Made by a program: the position numbers and the translations under genes | In this document: positions 34,303 to 47,932 of the stretch, piece after piece | Layout: each line of letters begins with the position of its first letter | How positions within the stretch are numbered: position 1 is the stretch's first letter | Source: Octopus vulgaris | Lineage: Eukaryota | NCBI GenBank assembly: GCA_951406725.2 | Contig: OX597836.1 | Location: forward strand, 21,328,001 to 21,392,000 | Reading direction: 5' to 3' | Length of the DNA stretch: 64,000 nucleotides | Notes under the pieces: generated by a model | Database searches by the model: none | Told to the model about the DNA's origin: nothing | What the model saw: the letters and a program-made list of their open reading frames with translations, nothing else

Positions 34303-35375
34303 GATATCATCATCATCATCATCATCATCGTTTAACGTCCGCTTTCCGTGCTGGCATGGGTTGGACGGTTCAACTGGGGTCTGGGAAGCTAGAAGGCTGC
34401 ACCAGGCCCAGTCTGATATGGCAGTTTTTCTACAGCTGGATGCCCTTCCTAACGCCAACCAGTCCATGAGTGTAGTGGGTGCGTTTTACATGCCACCGGC
34501 ACAGGTGCCAGACAAGGCTGGCAAACGGCCACAATCGGATGGTGCTTTTTACGTGCCACCGGCACGGGGACCAGACGAAGCTGGCAACAGCCACATTCGG
34601 ATGGTGCTTTTTATGTGCCACCGGCATGGATGCCAGTCGGGTGGCGCTGGCTACGGCCATGTTCGGATGGTTCTCTTACATGCCACCGGCACTGGTATCA
34701 CAACTACAAATTCCATTGATGTTGACAGATTACGATTTTGAGTTTGATTTTTGATTTTCACTTGCCTCAACAGGTCTTCACAAGTGGAGTTTTGTGTCCC
34801 AAGGAGGAAAGGAATGCATAAGTGGGCTGGCTACATCCCAGGTATAGGCCACAGGATTATGGCCTCACTTGTCCTGCCGGGTCTTCTCACGCACAGCATA
34901 CTTCCAAAGGTCTCGGTCTCTAGTCATTTCCTCGGCGAGACCTAAAGTTCGAAGGTCATGCTTCACCACCTCGTCCCAGGTTTTCCTGGGTCTACCTCTT
35001 CCACAGGTTCCCTCAACTGCTAGGGTGTGGCACTTTTGCACACAACTATCTTCAGCCATTCTCATCACATGACCATACCAGCGCAAACGTCTCTCTTGCA
35101 CACCACAACTGATGCTTCTTAGGTCCAACTTTTCTCTCAAGGTACTTACACTTTATCGACATTACACATCCATCGGAGCATACTGGCTTCATTTCTTGCA
35201 AGCTTACGCATATCCTCAGCAGTCACGGCCCATGTTTCACTGCCATGTAGCATAGCTGTTCGTATACATGCGTCATACAATCTGCCTTTTACTCTGAGCG
35301 AGAGGCCTTTTGTCACCAGCAGAGGTAAGAGCTCTCTGAACTTTGCCCAGGCTATTCTTACTCTAGCAGTTAGAT
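34303..35375 (-). mobile_element. RTE-clade LINE, 5'-truncated
   Basis: RVRIAWAKFREL...KGRLYDACIRTAMLHGSETWA...RRLRWYGHVMRM...GRGRPRKTW; 3' UTR repeats; (GAT)n tail. Confidence 0.92.
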
Positions 35376-36785
35376 TAAATGATGATGATTGACATTGCCA
35401 AATCCAGAAACACAATATTGCATCCTCTGATCCTTCAATGAATTTGGATAGCCTCACACATTATGATCATGTACATTGTGATCTCAAGTCATCATGGGAC
35501 ACTGCTTGTAGGACTGTGACATTCATTTATAATTATCGCATGAGAGCAAAACAAAGAAACACTATCAATAATACATGCACTGACACACATACACACAATG
35601 GTGATGATGATTATCATCATTGTTATCATCAATCATGATGTCATCATTTAACATCCATGTTCCATCACTGGCATGGATTGGATGGTTGCACAGGATCTGA
35701 GGACTGCATAATGTTCCCATGTATGGTTTCAATGGTTGGATATCCAGCTCATAAACAGGAACCACACACACAAACACACATGCATGCGCATACACACACA
35801 TGCACACATAATGGTTCAGTTTCCATCCACCGTATCCACTTCCAAGGCTTTGGTTGGCTTGAGACCTTAGCAGAAGACATTTACCCAAGATGCCATGTAG
35901 TGGAACTGAACCTAAAATCACGTGGCTGGCAAGCCTTCTTAACCATGCGACTGTAAAATTTATGTTATAAAATTATAAAACCCATTAAATTAATCAACTT
36001 CAGTCTTGTGTACATAAACCTAATCACCATTAATTCAGTTTGAAAGCACCAGTGAGAAAAACTACAATAAGAGACACTTATTGCAGTGGTCCTTCAGTTT
36101 TTTTCAGCCCTGTAAAAGAACTCGGATGGTTTGGCCTCCAACCAGGAACTTTTCAGCACCCCTCATATTTTTCAAAACACATCATCACCAAAACAGGTCA
36201 GCTGTGCCAAATCATCAATGTCAAGCAGCTGACCCTGACTGTCTCATTCCAATTTTCCACACTGTAATTGCTTTAGTTTCAATATACCTTCTCAACACAC
36301 TTGCTAGACAAGCACATCTCTTTTCATACAGTTCTTCATTATTTCCTGTCAGGCTACTTCCATATTCTCTATGACCTTCACAAGATGGCCATAGCTGATA
36401 AATTATTTACCTTAGCTGCCTCTGCCTTCAATAAGTTATTTGAAAGCATGATATATGTAGGAAGCCTCGACATATGAAATTACATCTTCATTAATTGTAT
36501 CATGTATTAATAGTAAGTTATTGGTATTTGAAGGTAGGTAAACTGCTTCTATAAGAATGCAGACCTGAAAGGTGTCAAAATGCCAGACCTGAAACATTTC
36601 CAATTACCAATAATGTTTTAGTGTCAAGGCTATGTTCTACACTAGGCAATGACAAGGCAAATTTTCTACAGCTGGATACCCTTGCTGTCACTAACACTCA
36701 CCTGTTTCTAAGTAAGGTAATATTTTCCTATGAATGGACATGTTCTCACAGAATACTGGAAGTTAGGATACCACTTGCATGATAT

Positions 36786-36819
<34 letters not shown>

Positions 36820-37189
36820 ATATGTATATACACACACAATAGTGTTCCATCAATTTCTGTCTACCAAATCCATTCTTAAGGCTACAGTAAAAGACAATTG
36901 CTTAAGGTGCCATGCAGTGGGGCTGAACCTGTAAAACTACTTGGTTGGGAAGCAATCTTGTTACTACACTGCCAACTTGTGGTACATATATATCAGCAAG
37001 GAGATACAGGCCCATTAAATCCATAATCTGTGCTGAGTCTGATGAGCCCATTGTTATATTGAATAGGTTCATGAAATCAGCCCTAACCTAATTCTGATCA
37101 TTATAGTTTATCATGGTCATCCCAGCAGTCAGAATAATATCTATATCCAACTTAGGGATAACTCTGGTAGAGTTCCATAAGGGTAATGT

Positions 37190-37232
<43 letters not shown>

Positions 37233-37239
37233 TCTCTTT

Positions 37240-37612
37240 CTCTTTTACTTGTTTCAGTCATTTGACTGCGGCCATACTGGAGCACCGCCTTTAGTCGAGC
37301 AAATCGACCCCGGGACTTATTCTTTGTAAGCCCAGTACTTATTTTATCGGTCTCTTTTGCCGAACCGCTAAGTGACGGGGATGTAAACATACCAGCATCG
37401 GTTGTCAAGGAATGCTAGAGGGACAAACACAGACACACAAACACATACACATATACATATATACGACAGGCTTCTTTCAGTTTCCGTCTACCAAATCCAC
37501 TCACAAGGCATTGGTCGGCCCGGGGCTATAGCAGAAGACACTTGCCCAAGATGCCATGCAGTGGGACTGAACCCGGAACCATGTGGTTGGTTAGCAAGCT
37601 ACTTACCACTCC
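37240..37612 (-). mobile_element. SINE family A
   Basis: rc homology to 4617-5020. Confidence 0.88.
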
Positions 37613-37636
37613 TATATATATATATCTTTTCCTTAT

Positions 37637-37952
37637 CATCATCGTTTAGCGTCCGTTTTCCATGCTAGCATGGGTTGGACAGTTCAACTGGGGTCTGGGA
37701 AGCCAGGAGGCTGCACCAGGCTCCAGTCTGATCTGGCAGTGTTTCTATGGCTGGATGCCCTTCCTAATGCCAACCACTCAGTGAGTGTAGTGGGTGTTTT
37801 TTATGTGCCAGGGGAGGCTGGCAACGGCCAGGACTGGTTGGTGCTTTTTATGTGCCACCGGCACGGAAGCCAGTCAAGGCGGCACTGGCATTGGTCACGT
37901 TCGGATGGTGCTTTTTACATGCCACCGGCACAGGTATCACAACTACAGTTTC
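37637..37952 (-). mobile_element. RTE LINE 3' UTR fragment
   Basis: Homology to 34303-34715. Confidence 0.8.
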
Positions 37953-37994
37953 CATACATACATACATACATACAGCCATTTGGCTGTATGTATA

Positions 37995-38215
37995 TATATA
38001 TGTGTGTATGTGTATCTTTGTGTTGGTGTTTGTACCTCACTATCGCTTGACAAGCGGTGTTGGTGTGTTTATGTTCTCGTAACTTAGCGGTTCGGCATAA
38101 GTAATCGATAAAATAAGTACTAGGCTTTAAAAAAAGTCCTGGTGTCGATTTGCTCGACTAAAACCCTTCGAGGCGGTGCTCCAACATGGCCACAGTCAAA
38201 TGACGGAAACAATTA
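37995..38215 (+). mobile_element. SINE family A 3' half
   Basis: CGCTTGACAAGCGG...GGCGGTGCTCCAACATGGCCACAGTCAAATGAC. Confidence 0.75.
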
Positions 38216-39322
38216 GAATACGTATAAACATGTATGTATAAAAGGTACACACACACACACACACATTATATATGTATATAGATATATACATGTATGTATA
38301 AAAGATATATATACACACACACACATATATATATACATATATATAGATATATATATATATATACACACATATATACATATTCATACATACATACATGCAT
38401 ACATACATACATGCATACGTACGTACATACGTCCGTACGTACGCGCACATTTGTGTTTTGTGATGTGCTAAGCGGCTTTCGCCTGTCACAGTTTCATTAA
38501 CGTTAATTGCGAGCACCCAGCAGAACGATAGTCCACAACAAAAATCCAAGCAAAAACAAACAATATTGCAAAACAGATAATGAGTACCATTTTATATTGT
38601 CCCAGTCCCATGTAGAAACTGTAAAACTATCGCAGATGACTGTCTGCCAATGACAGCAGTAAAGTGTATATTTTTATACTTATGTTGTATGAGAGTCAAA
38701 GATCTGTTTTATTTTGGTGTATTTTAGGTTGTAAACAGCAAGAAAAAAGTGGAGCTGTCTTCCCCTACACACAAAAAAAATATCATTATTGATTAATATT
38801 TCTACGACTCTTTTATTTTATTTCGATTCTTCATTTTTGTGCCTTCTTTCTTGTTGCTAACGCAGTTGGATTACTTGATTAAAAGAAGAACAGATAACAC
38901 ACACACACACATACATACATACATATATACATACACACACACACGCATATACATACATATATACATACATACACATACATATACACTATCCATTACCGCC
39001 ACCGACACGTACTTACATACATTCATGTAAACACGCACATAACTTCTTTGGATCCAAATGTAAGATATTGTGAGCGTGTATATATACATACATACACACA
39101 TACACACACATACACATACTCGTACATTTTGTGTATCTGATATTTTATCCCCTACCTTTCTTTTGCGATCTGTACCGGGACTACCAACATTTCAACTATG
39201 TTATCTGCTAACCCAACTCACTTCCCGGGGCTTCGTCTTACTTTTAAACACTTTAAATAAACAAACCGCAAAAAAAATCCCGAAACGAAAGGAAACATAC
39301 ACACAGAGACACAGACACACGT

Positions 39323-39372
<50 letters not shown>

Positions 39373-40386
39373 GTATGTATATGGAATTTCAATCTCATGT
39401 GTATATCTATATATATATAATGTTTCTGTATGTAAACAAATGAAATAAGTAGCTTTTGGCGGCAGCATCATTATAATATAAAAGGAACTGACTACATTAT
39501 TATTTAATCTGATTTCGTTGCCATTCTGACACCGTCCAAACAGGAAAGACCGAAAGAAGTAAAAAGAAAAAAAAAAATCTGCTCATGTCTGGAAATGTCA
39601 CTCGATTTCTTGTCTCCTTCATCGGATATTACACTGGATAATTATCTCCATGCACACACATATAACTTAATACACACGCACACACGGTAATTATGCGCAT
39701 ATATCTGTATGTATATGTGTTTAAATCGTAGCTTATATATATATTTTTTGAAACTATTTATCTTTTACACACATACAAATAGACATACATCCATACATAC
39801 GTACAAATATATAAGCATACCTACGTACATACATACATTTATTGGTACATAAACACATGCTCAATGAATAAGCGAACTGTTTTGATATTCTAAAGGAATA
39901 TATTATTATATTTGCTTTCTGGTAATGAAAACCAAAAGAAAAATAATTGTGATGATGATGATGGTAATAATGATGATTGTGGTTAAAGGTTAGTTTTAAT
40001 TTGCTTTTCAGGCTCTACAAAAACACATATACATACATTTATATGTATATATATGTGCATGTACATACAGATATGCACCCACACAGATGTATGCATATAT
40101 AGTGTGGTGTGTATATAATATTCCATTCCCATCTTAGAAAGGGCTTCCATTTGAACCTGGCTGGCATATTGCTTTGCACCCAACGACCCTGCTCTCAGAT
40201 GTGATCACTTCTCGCATCTTGATGGAAAATAACACCTAAACCCCTAAAATTTATTCTTTCTCCTTACAATCTATATTTATTGCTTTCTAACAGCGCCTTC
40301 AACAACTCATCATTTTCCTTCTTATTCGCCGTTAATCCACAAATTTTGAATGAAGCCCTTATAAAATAAATAGTAAAACAACGTTT

Positions 40387-40417
<31 letters not shown>

Positions 40418-41248
40418 CCAATCACAAAACATCCGTTGCGCGCGCGCGTATTATATATGTATATATATATTTATGTATATATATGTATGTAGAAATATAT
40501 TCTTCCCGTAGGGAAAAAACCAGACCAAAAATAAACCCAAAGGTTGTTCACTTTGTTGTCGACTTAAAAATATACCCGTCCCCCAATTTTGTTTTTGTCT
40601 TTTTTACTAATTAATTAAATTAATTAATGTTCACATGAATTTTTAAAAATGATTTTTTAATACCCTACCATTTATTCTACAAGTTAACTTCATTTATTTA
40701 TTTGAACCATTTTTCAATATTTCCCCATCACGAAAATTGGGACTTCTTTTCGTTTCTATTCCATTTAATTATCCTTCCTTCCTTTTTTTTTTTTTTTTTT
40801 AATTCAAACATACGATATCTGATGATGTTCGGATCCCTAAGGCCAGCTTGCTCTATACTTCCTACAAGAACACACACGTTAAATAATAGACCATCATTAC
40901 AAACATTATCATCTTCATCATCAGTGACAGCAGAAACTTCATATTTTACATTCTGAAGGGGACATATTATCTGATTAAAAAAAAGAAAAAGAAACAAAGC
41001 GACATGCAAAAAGAAAAAGGCCAAGAAATTTACACCCAATTTACACATGATTGTAATTAACAACTACAATAATTATAAACTGCGAGAAAAGAAAAAGAAC
41101 GTTTGTGAAAGTTATATAATCCCTGCTTCGATGTTCGGGAACAAAACACGATTAAAAGACATTTTGGTTTGCAGTAGCAACCGTCTAAAGAAAGAAAACG
41201 GAGGTGTACACGAAAAAAATAGTTTAATATCCAGCCAAATCTAACTTA

Positions 41249-42397
41249 ATGAAGATGCTACCATGTAGTTACACGAAGGGAGGAGAATTTGGACAGCGAG
41301 AGCTGTTGGAAGCGATCTCCTACGATGATGTGGACAAAGTCCGAAGATATATCAAAGAAAAGAATGTCTGTCCATGTTTTGTCCTGGAAGGCTACAGTCC
41401 TATATGTGTGGCTTCCGAACGAGGTAATATTGATGTATTAAATATGCTTATTGAGGCTAACTGTGATTTGGCCCAACCTGACTTTACAGACCACATTTGG
41501 TTTCGGCGACCTATCCATATCGCCGCTGCCAAGGGTCACTTGAACTATGTCCAGGCCCTTTTAAAAGTCGGTGTCGATGTCGACTGTCGAGACGGTGACG
41601 AGAAGACGGCACTGCACTGGGCTTCGACTCATGGACATGTTCAAATTGCGGAATATTTAATCAGAATGGGGGCCAGTGTGAACATAGCTCAGATGGACCG
41701 TTTTACACCACTCCATGCTGCTACGTGCCTGGGACATTTGGATATTTGTGAACTGCTTATTCGGTATGGTGCCAAAGTCGATATGGTCGACAGAGACGGG
41801 TGGGCACCTATACACACGTCAACATGTTACGGTTACATAAAGGTTGTGGAAATGTTGATTCGGGTGAGTGCCGATATTAATCGAACTACAAACGATAACG
41901 AAACGGCTCTTCACATAGCGGCTAGCTGCGGACATTTACACATAGTGAAACTCTTAGTTAGCTGTGGAATCGATGTAGAGGGACAAACCCTTCACGGTTT
42001 CACTGCATTCCACCTGGCTGTTTATCACAATAGGTATGAAGTGGCTAAATATTTAATTACCGAAAACGTTAAACTTAACACAGCCAACAACGCAGGACAT
42101 TCGCCGCTCTACACTGCCACATTGAGGGCAGATTCGAAAATGATCAAATTACTTGTACATTCTGGTTACAATGTAAACTCTGAGAGTTGGTTGCGGTTAA
42201 AGAACCCTCCCTTTCGGGTCAGTCCTCATGAGGAAGTTATGCTATGGCTTTTGGAACTGGTTGGTAACCCTAAATCTCTCACCGATATATGTGCCCTCAC
42301 TATTCGCCAACAACTAGGAAGGCGATTGGACAAGGTGAACGATTTAAATCTTCCAACGCAATTAAAAGAGTTGATTTCATTTGACTTTTTAAGGTAG
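41249..42397 (+). CDS. Ankyrin repeat and SOCS box protein (ASB family), intronless CDS, 382 aa
   Basis: About 8 tandem ankyrin repeats (SPICVAS, RPIHIAA, TALHWAS, TPLHAAT, APIHTST, TALHIAA, TAFHLAV, SPLYTAT) and a C-terminal SOCS box PKSLTDICALTIRQQL...LNLPTQLKELI. Open ORF with no disablements. Confidence 0.93.
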   Translation: MKMLPCSYTKGGEFGQRELLEAISYDDVDKVRRYIKEKNVCPCFVLEGYSPICVASERGNIDVLNMLIEANCDLAQPDFTDHIWFRRPIHIAAAKGHLNYVQALLKVGVDVDCRDGDEKTALHWASTHGHVQIAEYLIRMGASVNIAQMDRFTPLHAATCLGHLDICELLIRYGAKVDMVDRDGWAPIHTSTCYGYIKVVEMLIRVSADINRTTNDNETALHIAASCGHLHIVKLLVSCGIDVEGQTLHGFTAFHLAVYHNRYEVAKYLITENVKLNTANNAGHSPLYTATLRADSKMIKLLVHSGYNVNSESWLRLKNPPFRVSPHEEVMLWLLELVGNPKSLTDICALTIRQQLGRRLDKVNDLNLPTQLKELISFDFLR

Positions 42398-43100
42398 CTT
42401 CAAAAAGAAAAAAAAAAAAAAAGAAAAAAATTTATAATAATAATGTGTATTTATATTGTGTTGATATGACTGTTATATGTATATGTTTTTGTGTATAATT
42501 TAGATAAAAGCTATAGGTTGAATTCTCAAAAAGAAAAAAAAAAATCATGGAAAATATTCATTTAATTATTTTTTTTTGGTCTCTCATTCATATAAAATTT
42601 GTTACTCCTTAAAATTATTTTTGGTATTTTTTATCAAAATTTTTTCATTGTTTCTCAAAGAAGTTTTACTTCAGCAGCTGTCTTCTAAAAAGAAAAAGAA
42701 AAATTATAATAATAATGATGATAATAATAATAACAATAATAAAACATTTGCTAATTTTTATTTTTATTTTTTTATTATTTTTCTCATCCCTTTATCAGGT
42801 TGGAAAAAAAAATGAGGTGAAATAACTTTACTCACTCATGTACATCTCTTAAAGGTTCGTTGTTGTTGTTTAAACGCACTCCCTTTCTTGAGGGTAGACT
42901 TGCGATTAAATACGGTTTTGATTAACTATTTTGTCTTTTTTGCAGACAGTGATTTTAGAACATTACACACGTCCTATTTTTAGAGTCTAGGATTTGGTGC
43001 GAGTGAAAATTGGCTGCTATTTCTAGCATATCGACCATCCACATAGAACAAGACTCTGTAATGACTCGATCTTTATATTTTGTTTTTGAATTAACCTATT

Positions 43101-43265
43101 CCTATTTCTTTATTACCCACAAGGGGCTAAACATAGAAGGGACAAACAAGGACAGATATAGGTATTAAGTCGATTACATCGACCCCCAGTGCAGAACTGG
43201 TACTTAATTTATCGACCCCGAAAGGATGAAAGGCAAAGTCAACCTCAGCGGAATTTGAACTCACA
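43101..43265 (-). mobile_element. SINE family B, 5'-truncated
   Basis: Homology to 1481-1640. Confidence 0.82.
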
Positions 43266-43669
43266 ACCGTATTTCCATCATACCATACATCTAAGATATG
43301 CCTGTGTAAACCCCGTTGCCCATTTCCATTAATAGCAATACATATTTATCTTTTACTTGCACTAGTCATTGGATTGTGGCCATGCTGGGGCACCACCTTG
43401 AAGGCTTTTGTTGAGTAAATCAACCTCAGTGTTTTTTTAAAGCCTGTCACTGTTGATGAACTGCTAAGTTACAGGGATGTAAACAAACCCACACTCATTG
43501 TCAAGCAGTGGTGGGTCATAATCATAAAGACACTTGTCCATGCAGGCATGTATACGTATATACATATCTATCTATCTGTCTGTGTATTAAGGTTACCATT
43601 GGTTAATAAAATATCTAAATATCTCAAGCAGATCACATGGAGGAATGGTGTATGTGTGTGAATATATAT

Positions 43670-43912
43670 CGGTGGCATGTAAAAAGCACCATCTGATCGT
43701 GGCCGTTTGCCAGCCTCGTCTGGCACCTGAGCCGGTGGCACGTAAAAAGCCCCTACTACACTCACGGAGTGGTTGGCATTAGGAAGGGCATCCAGCCGTA
43801 GAAACATTGCCAGATCAGACTGGGCCTGGTGCAGCCTTCTGGCTTCCCAGACCCCAGTTGAACCGTCCAACCCATGGTAGCATGGAAAGCAGACGCTAAA
43901 CGATGATGATGA
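43670..43912 (+). mobile_element. RTE LINE 3' end
   Basis: GGTGGCATGTAAAAAGCACC... to (GAT)n tail. Confidence 0.82.
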
Positions 43913-45304
43913 TATATATCTATATATATATATATATATACACATACATACACACACACACACATATATATATATACACACATATATAGGTATATTTATA
44001 CTACAGGCTTCTTTCAGCTCCCATCTTCTGAATCCACTCACAAGGCTTTTGTTGGCCTGGGGCTGTGGTAGAAGACACTTGCTCAAGGTGCCATGCAAAG
44101 GCGATTGAATCTAGAACCATGTGATTGGGAAGCAAACTACTTAACCACATATATATGATGGGCTTCAACACAGTTTCCTTTTACCAGATTCACTCACAAG
44201 GCCTGGGGCAATAGTAGATGCCATTTGCCCAAGGTGCTGCACAGTGAGACTTGAGCCCAAAACCATATGGTTGTAAAGAGAGCTTCTTAACCACACAGCC
44301 ATACCTAAGCAAACATTAAATCATGATGTAAAAGTAATCTTATCCCCCATGTTGGCCCCAAATTTATATTAAATTTGAAAAAAAAAAATTTTTTTCAAAG
44401 TTCAAGACCCACAAAAAACACTCCAGTGGTCCCTTTGTGGGCTACAGTTTACCTGTGACTGGCCCCTGATATAGATGTCTCCTCTTTAGTTTTGATAGGT
44501 GATTCATGTTGCCATCTAGCCTTAAGTCAACCCTGAGTGAGGATATTCCAGTTGTGACCATCACATCTGAAATTTTTGCTTTTTCTGTAAAGATAGTAGA
44601 ATGATGGACAGATAATCAAAGAGTGATCTGGTTGCTATTTCTAGCTGGTCAATCAACCAACCATCCAGTGGCTCTCTCATAAACATGCAATGAAGTGAGT
44701 GTGAAGTTGAATTGCTAAGGAGATAAGATCATGAATTACAAGTCTGAGGGTACAGGGTTCAAATCTACCTCATGCAAACAGGACATATTCTATAGTCATC
44801 AGGTCATCACTTGTTGTTGTTGTTGTTCAGCCCCAGGTCAGCCATGACTTAGCATATCTATAATCAAAAGTGGTCTAGCCATGATGAACATCCTATCATT
44901 TGTTTTAAATATCCAATGTGTTCTTGAAACAATAGGGCACAGTCTAAATTAAGAAGTTTATTTTACCTCCATGTGTTTCAAGCTTTCAACCCCATTACAT
45001 GTCACTTTGTAGAAATTTTCTACTGTATCTTTGGGTGAACCAGTGCCATATGTAATTTGGTAGACAGAAATCATGTAGGAGTTTGCAGAAGGACTGTTCT
45101 TGCTCTGTGGCAGTTGACTTAATCCTTCACATGGATTAACACCACAACATGGTTTTTCAGAAACCATTTTGTTTGAAGCATTCGGATCAGGTTTTTAATC
45201 TAAAAAAAACTTCTTCCTGTGATTCAGGAGACCCTTGAAAAGAACAAGCATAAAGAAAACAAAATCCATTTGTTTGACCCTTTTCTTGCCATAGTCAAGT
45301 ACAT

Positions 45305-45658
45305 CAACATCAAAAATCAATGGAAATTGTAGTTGTGATCCCTGTGCCGGTGGCATGTAAAAAGCACCATCCGAACGTGGCTGATGCCAGCGCCGCCTTG
45401 ACTAGCTTCCATGCCGGTGGCATATAAAAAGCACCAACCGATCATGGCTGTTGCCAGCCTCGCCTGGCACCTGTGCTGGTGGCACATAAAAAGCACCCAC
45501 TACACTTACGGAGTGGATGGTGTTAGGAAGGGCATCCAGTTGTAGAAACACTGCCAGATCAGACTGGAGCATGATGCAGCCTTCTGGCTTCTCAGATCCC
45601 AGTTAAACCGTCCAACCCATGCTAGCATGGAAAACGGATGTTAAACGATGATGATGAT
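45305..45658 (+). mobile_element. RTE LINE 3' end
   Basis: Same 3' UTR family, (GAT)n tail. Confidence 0.82.
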
Positions 45659-45724
45659 GTGTCCATGTTTCAGTGAATTTTGAAAATAATGAAGAATATT
45701 GAAAAATAATTTTGTCATTATTAA

Positions 45725-46260
45725 ACTTGCTTCCCAAGCACATGGTCCCAGGTTCAGTCCCACTGCATGGTACTTTGGGCAAGTGTCTTCTTTAGCCCTG
45801 GGCTGACCAAAGCCTTGTGAGTGGATTTGGTAGACAGAAACTGAAAGAAGCCTACTATATATGTATATATATATATAAAAAGGGAAAGTTTACGAAAATA
45901 ACCAAAAGACGAAGGCAGGTGGAGTACAAAACAAACAAATGTATTAGTATAGTGCTCAGGAATAGAAAAAGTCTTTTACGTTTTGAGCCTACGCTCTTCG
46001 ACAGAAAGATACACAGAAAATAACATGGAGAGAAAAAAATGCATGTAGCAGCTAACGATCTATCATGGCGTATATATATATATATATATGAATATGTGTG
46101 TGTGTCTGTGTTTGTCCCGACCCCTCTGCTTGACAAATGGTATTGGTATGTTTATGTCCCCATAACTTAGTGGTTTGATAAAAGAGATCGACAGAATAAG
46201 TACCTGGCTTAAAAAAAACTGGTACTGGTTGCAGTCTAATGACTAAAACCAGTAAAAGAT
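45725..46260 (+). mobile_element. SINE family A interrupted at its (TA)n by the hammerhead-like repeat (45880-46070)
   Basis: SINE 5' part to 45855, insert, then SINE 3' part resumes at about 46095. Confidence 0.75.
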
Positions 46261-46530
46261 AAAAGATGCAATTTTGTTGAAAGAAGGTTTTAATTTTAAT
46301 CATTTCAAAACTAGAAGATTGTCTCATAGCAGCAGGGGTCATCTCCAGGATGTTGGTATCAAAAGAGTTAAACGGTAACTTTGGTAACATAAAAATCCCT
46401 CACCATTTTCATAATTTTTTTTTACCTTTAGGCTTCTCACTTACTGAGCAGGATCATTTACCTGATGGAAAGAGAGTCTTATCTACTTTCTTGCTAACAA
46501 CAACTTTAGTCTTTGCTTGGTTAACTTTAA

Positions 46531-46747
46531 CCCTTTTGTTACTAACCCGGCCAAAACCGGCTCTGGCTCTGTGGTAAAATATCTTGTCATAAGTTTTGAA
46601 TTAAAATCTTCCACCAAACCTTAGTCACAATTTATGTTCCTAACACTAGCTGAATGATAAGTAAGTTATTTTACTAAATTCTTTGTTATATTTAAAATGA
46701 TTGAAAGAAAGACAGAGCATCTCAAAATAAATACAGTAATGAAAGGG
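46531..46747. mobile_element. piggyBac-type MITE
   Basis: TTAA TSDs, CCC/GGG termini; rc of 2185-2404. Confidence 0.85.
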
Positions 46748-46754
46748 TTAAGGT

Positions 46755-47235
46755 CCTTTGATTCCAGGTTTTGTTTCTTCTCCAATTCTGCTTCAGATAC
46801 TGTAATAAGAGCAAGATCATCAGCATATAGCAATTCCCATGGGCATCCAGTTTTGAATTCCTCTGTTATGGCCTGGAGAAGTAGTATAAATAAGAGTGGA
46901 CTAGGAACTGATCTCTGGTGAATTCCAACTTGTATGCTAAATTCATCACTGTATTCAAAGTCAACTCTTGACTGGCTTCCGTGTTGGTGGCACGTAAAAA
47001 GCACCAACTGATCGTGTCCGTTACCTGCCTCCTCTGGCCCCTGTGGCAGTGGCATGTAAAAAGCACCCACTATACTCATGGAGTGGTTGGTGTTAGGAAG
47101 GGCATCCAGCTGCAGAAACACTGCCAGATCAGACTGGAGCCTGGTGCAGCCTCCTGGCTTGCCAGACCCCAGTCAAATCATCAAACCCATGCTAGCATGG
47201 GAAATGGACGTTAAATGATGATGGTGATGATGATG
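46755..47235 (+). mobile_element. RTE LINE 3' end with an inverted RT fragment at its 5' side
   Basis: Minus-strand VGIHQRSVPSPLLF...WELLYADDLAL (46755-46962) directly joined to the plus-strand 3' UTR and (GAT)n tail. Confidence 0.8.
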
Positions 47236-47603
47236 AAGACATATATATATCTATATATATATATATATATAGACTAGCTTAAAAATTGCACTCCATGCAG
47301 ACTTTTCAGCTGCCTCCTGCAGAAGTCTTATTGGGCCTGCAGCCCAAAACCAAAGCGAGCAATAGTAATAAAGCATTTATTGGTACCCTACCAATATGAG
47401 TTCTTTTAAAATTTGAAATTTCAACTTTTAGCATATAACAAATCCTCATCCAGACCTGATCCCAATGCTGGATGTTTTCAATACCAGAATCATCCTGATT
47501 CCAAAAAGGTATGATATGTCTTTGTAGAGCAAGTGTAGACTGAGATACAAAGGTCCCGGACAGATGCATTTCTTCTTCTTCTTCTTATTATTATATATAT
47601 ATA

Positions 47604-47932
47604 AGCACATGGCTCAGTGGTTAGAGCATCGAGCTTACGATCGTGGGAGTTGTGAGTTCGAATCCCGGACCAGGCTGCGTATTGTGTTCTTGAGCAAGAC
47701 ACTTTATTTCACATTGCTCCAGTTCACTCAGCTGTAGAAACGAGTTGCAACGTCACAGGTGCCAAGCTGTATTGGCCTTTGCCCTTCTCTTGGATAACAC
47801 TGGTGGCGTGGAGAGGGGAGGCCGGTATGCATGGGTAACACTAGTCTTCCATAAACAACCTTGCCCGGACTTGTACCTGGGAGGGTAACTTTCTAGAAGC
47901 AATCCTATGGTCAGTCATGAACGAAGGAGTTC
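47604..47932 (+). mobile_element. tRNA-derived SINE
   Basis: AGCACATGGCTCAGTGGTTAGAGC (A box), GAGTTCGAATCCC (B box), TTGTGTTCTTGAGCAAGACACTT core. Confidence 0.85.

Noticed and set aside
18135-42397. Functional cluster of RNF146 with an ankyrin protein (tankyrase-like partner)
   Set aside because: The ankyrin gene has a SOCS box and no SAM/PARP domain; the adjacency of two E3 components is probably coincidental.
47604-47675. tRNA genes at SINE heads (also 1200-1275, 3905-3981)
   Set aside because: A/B boxes are present, but each continues into a SINE body and lacks a convincing acceptor stem.
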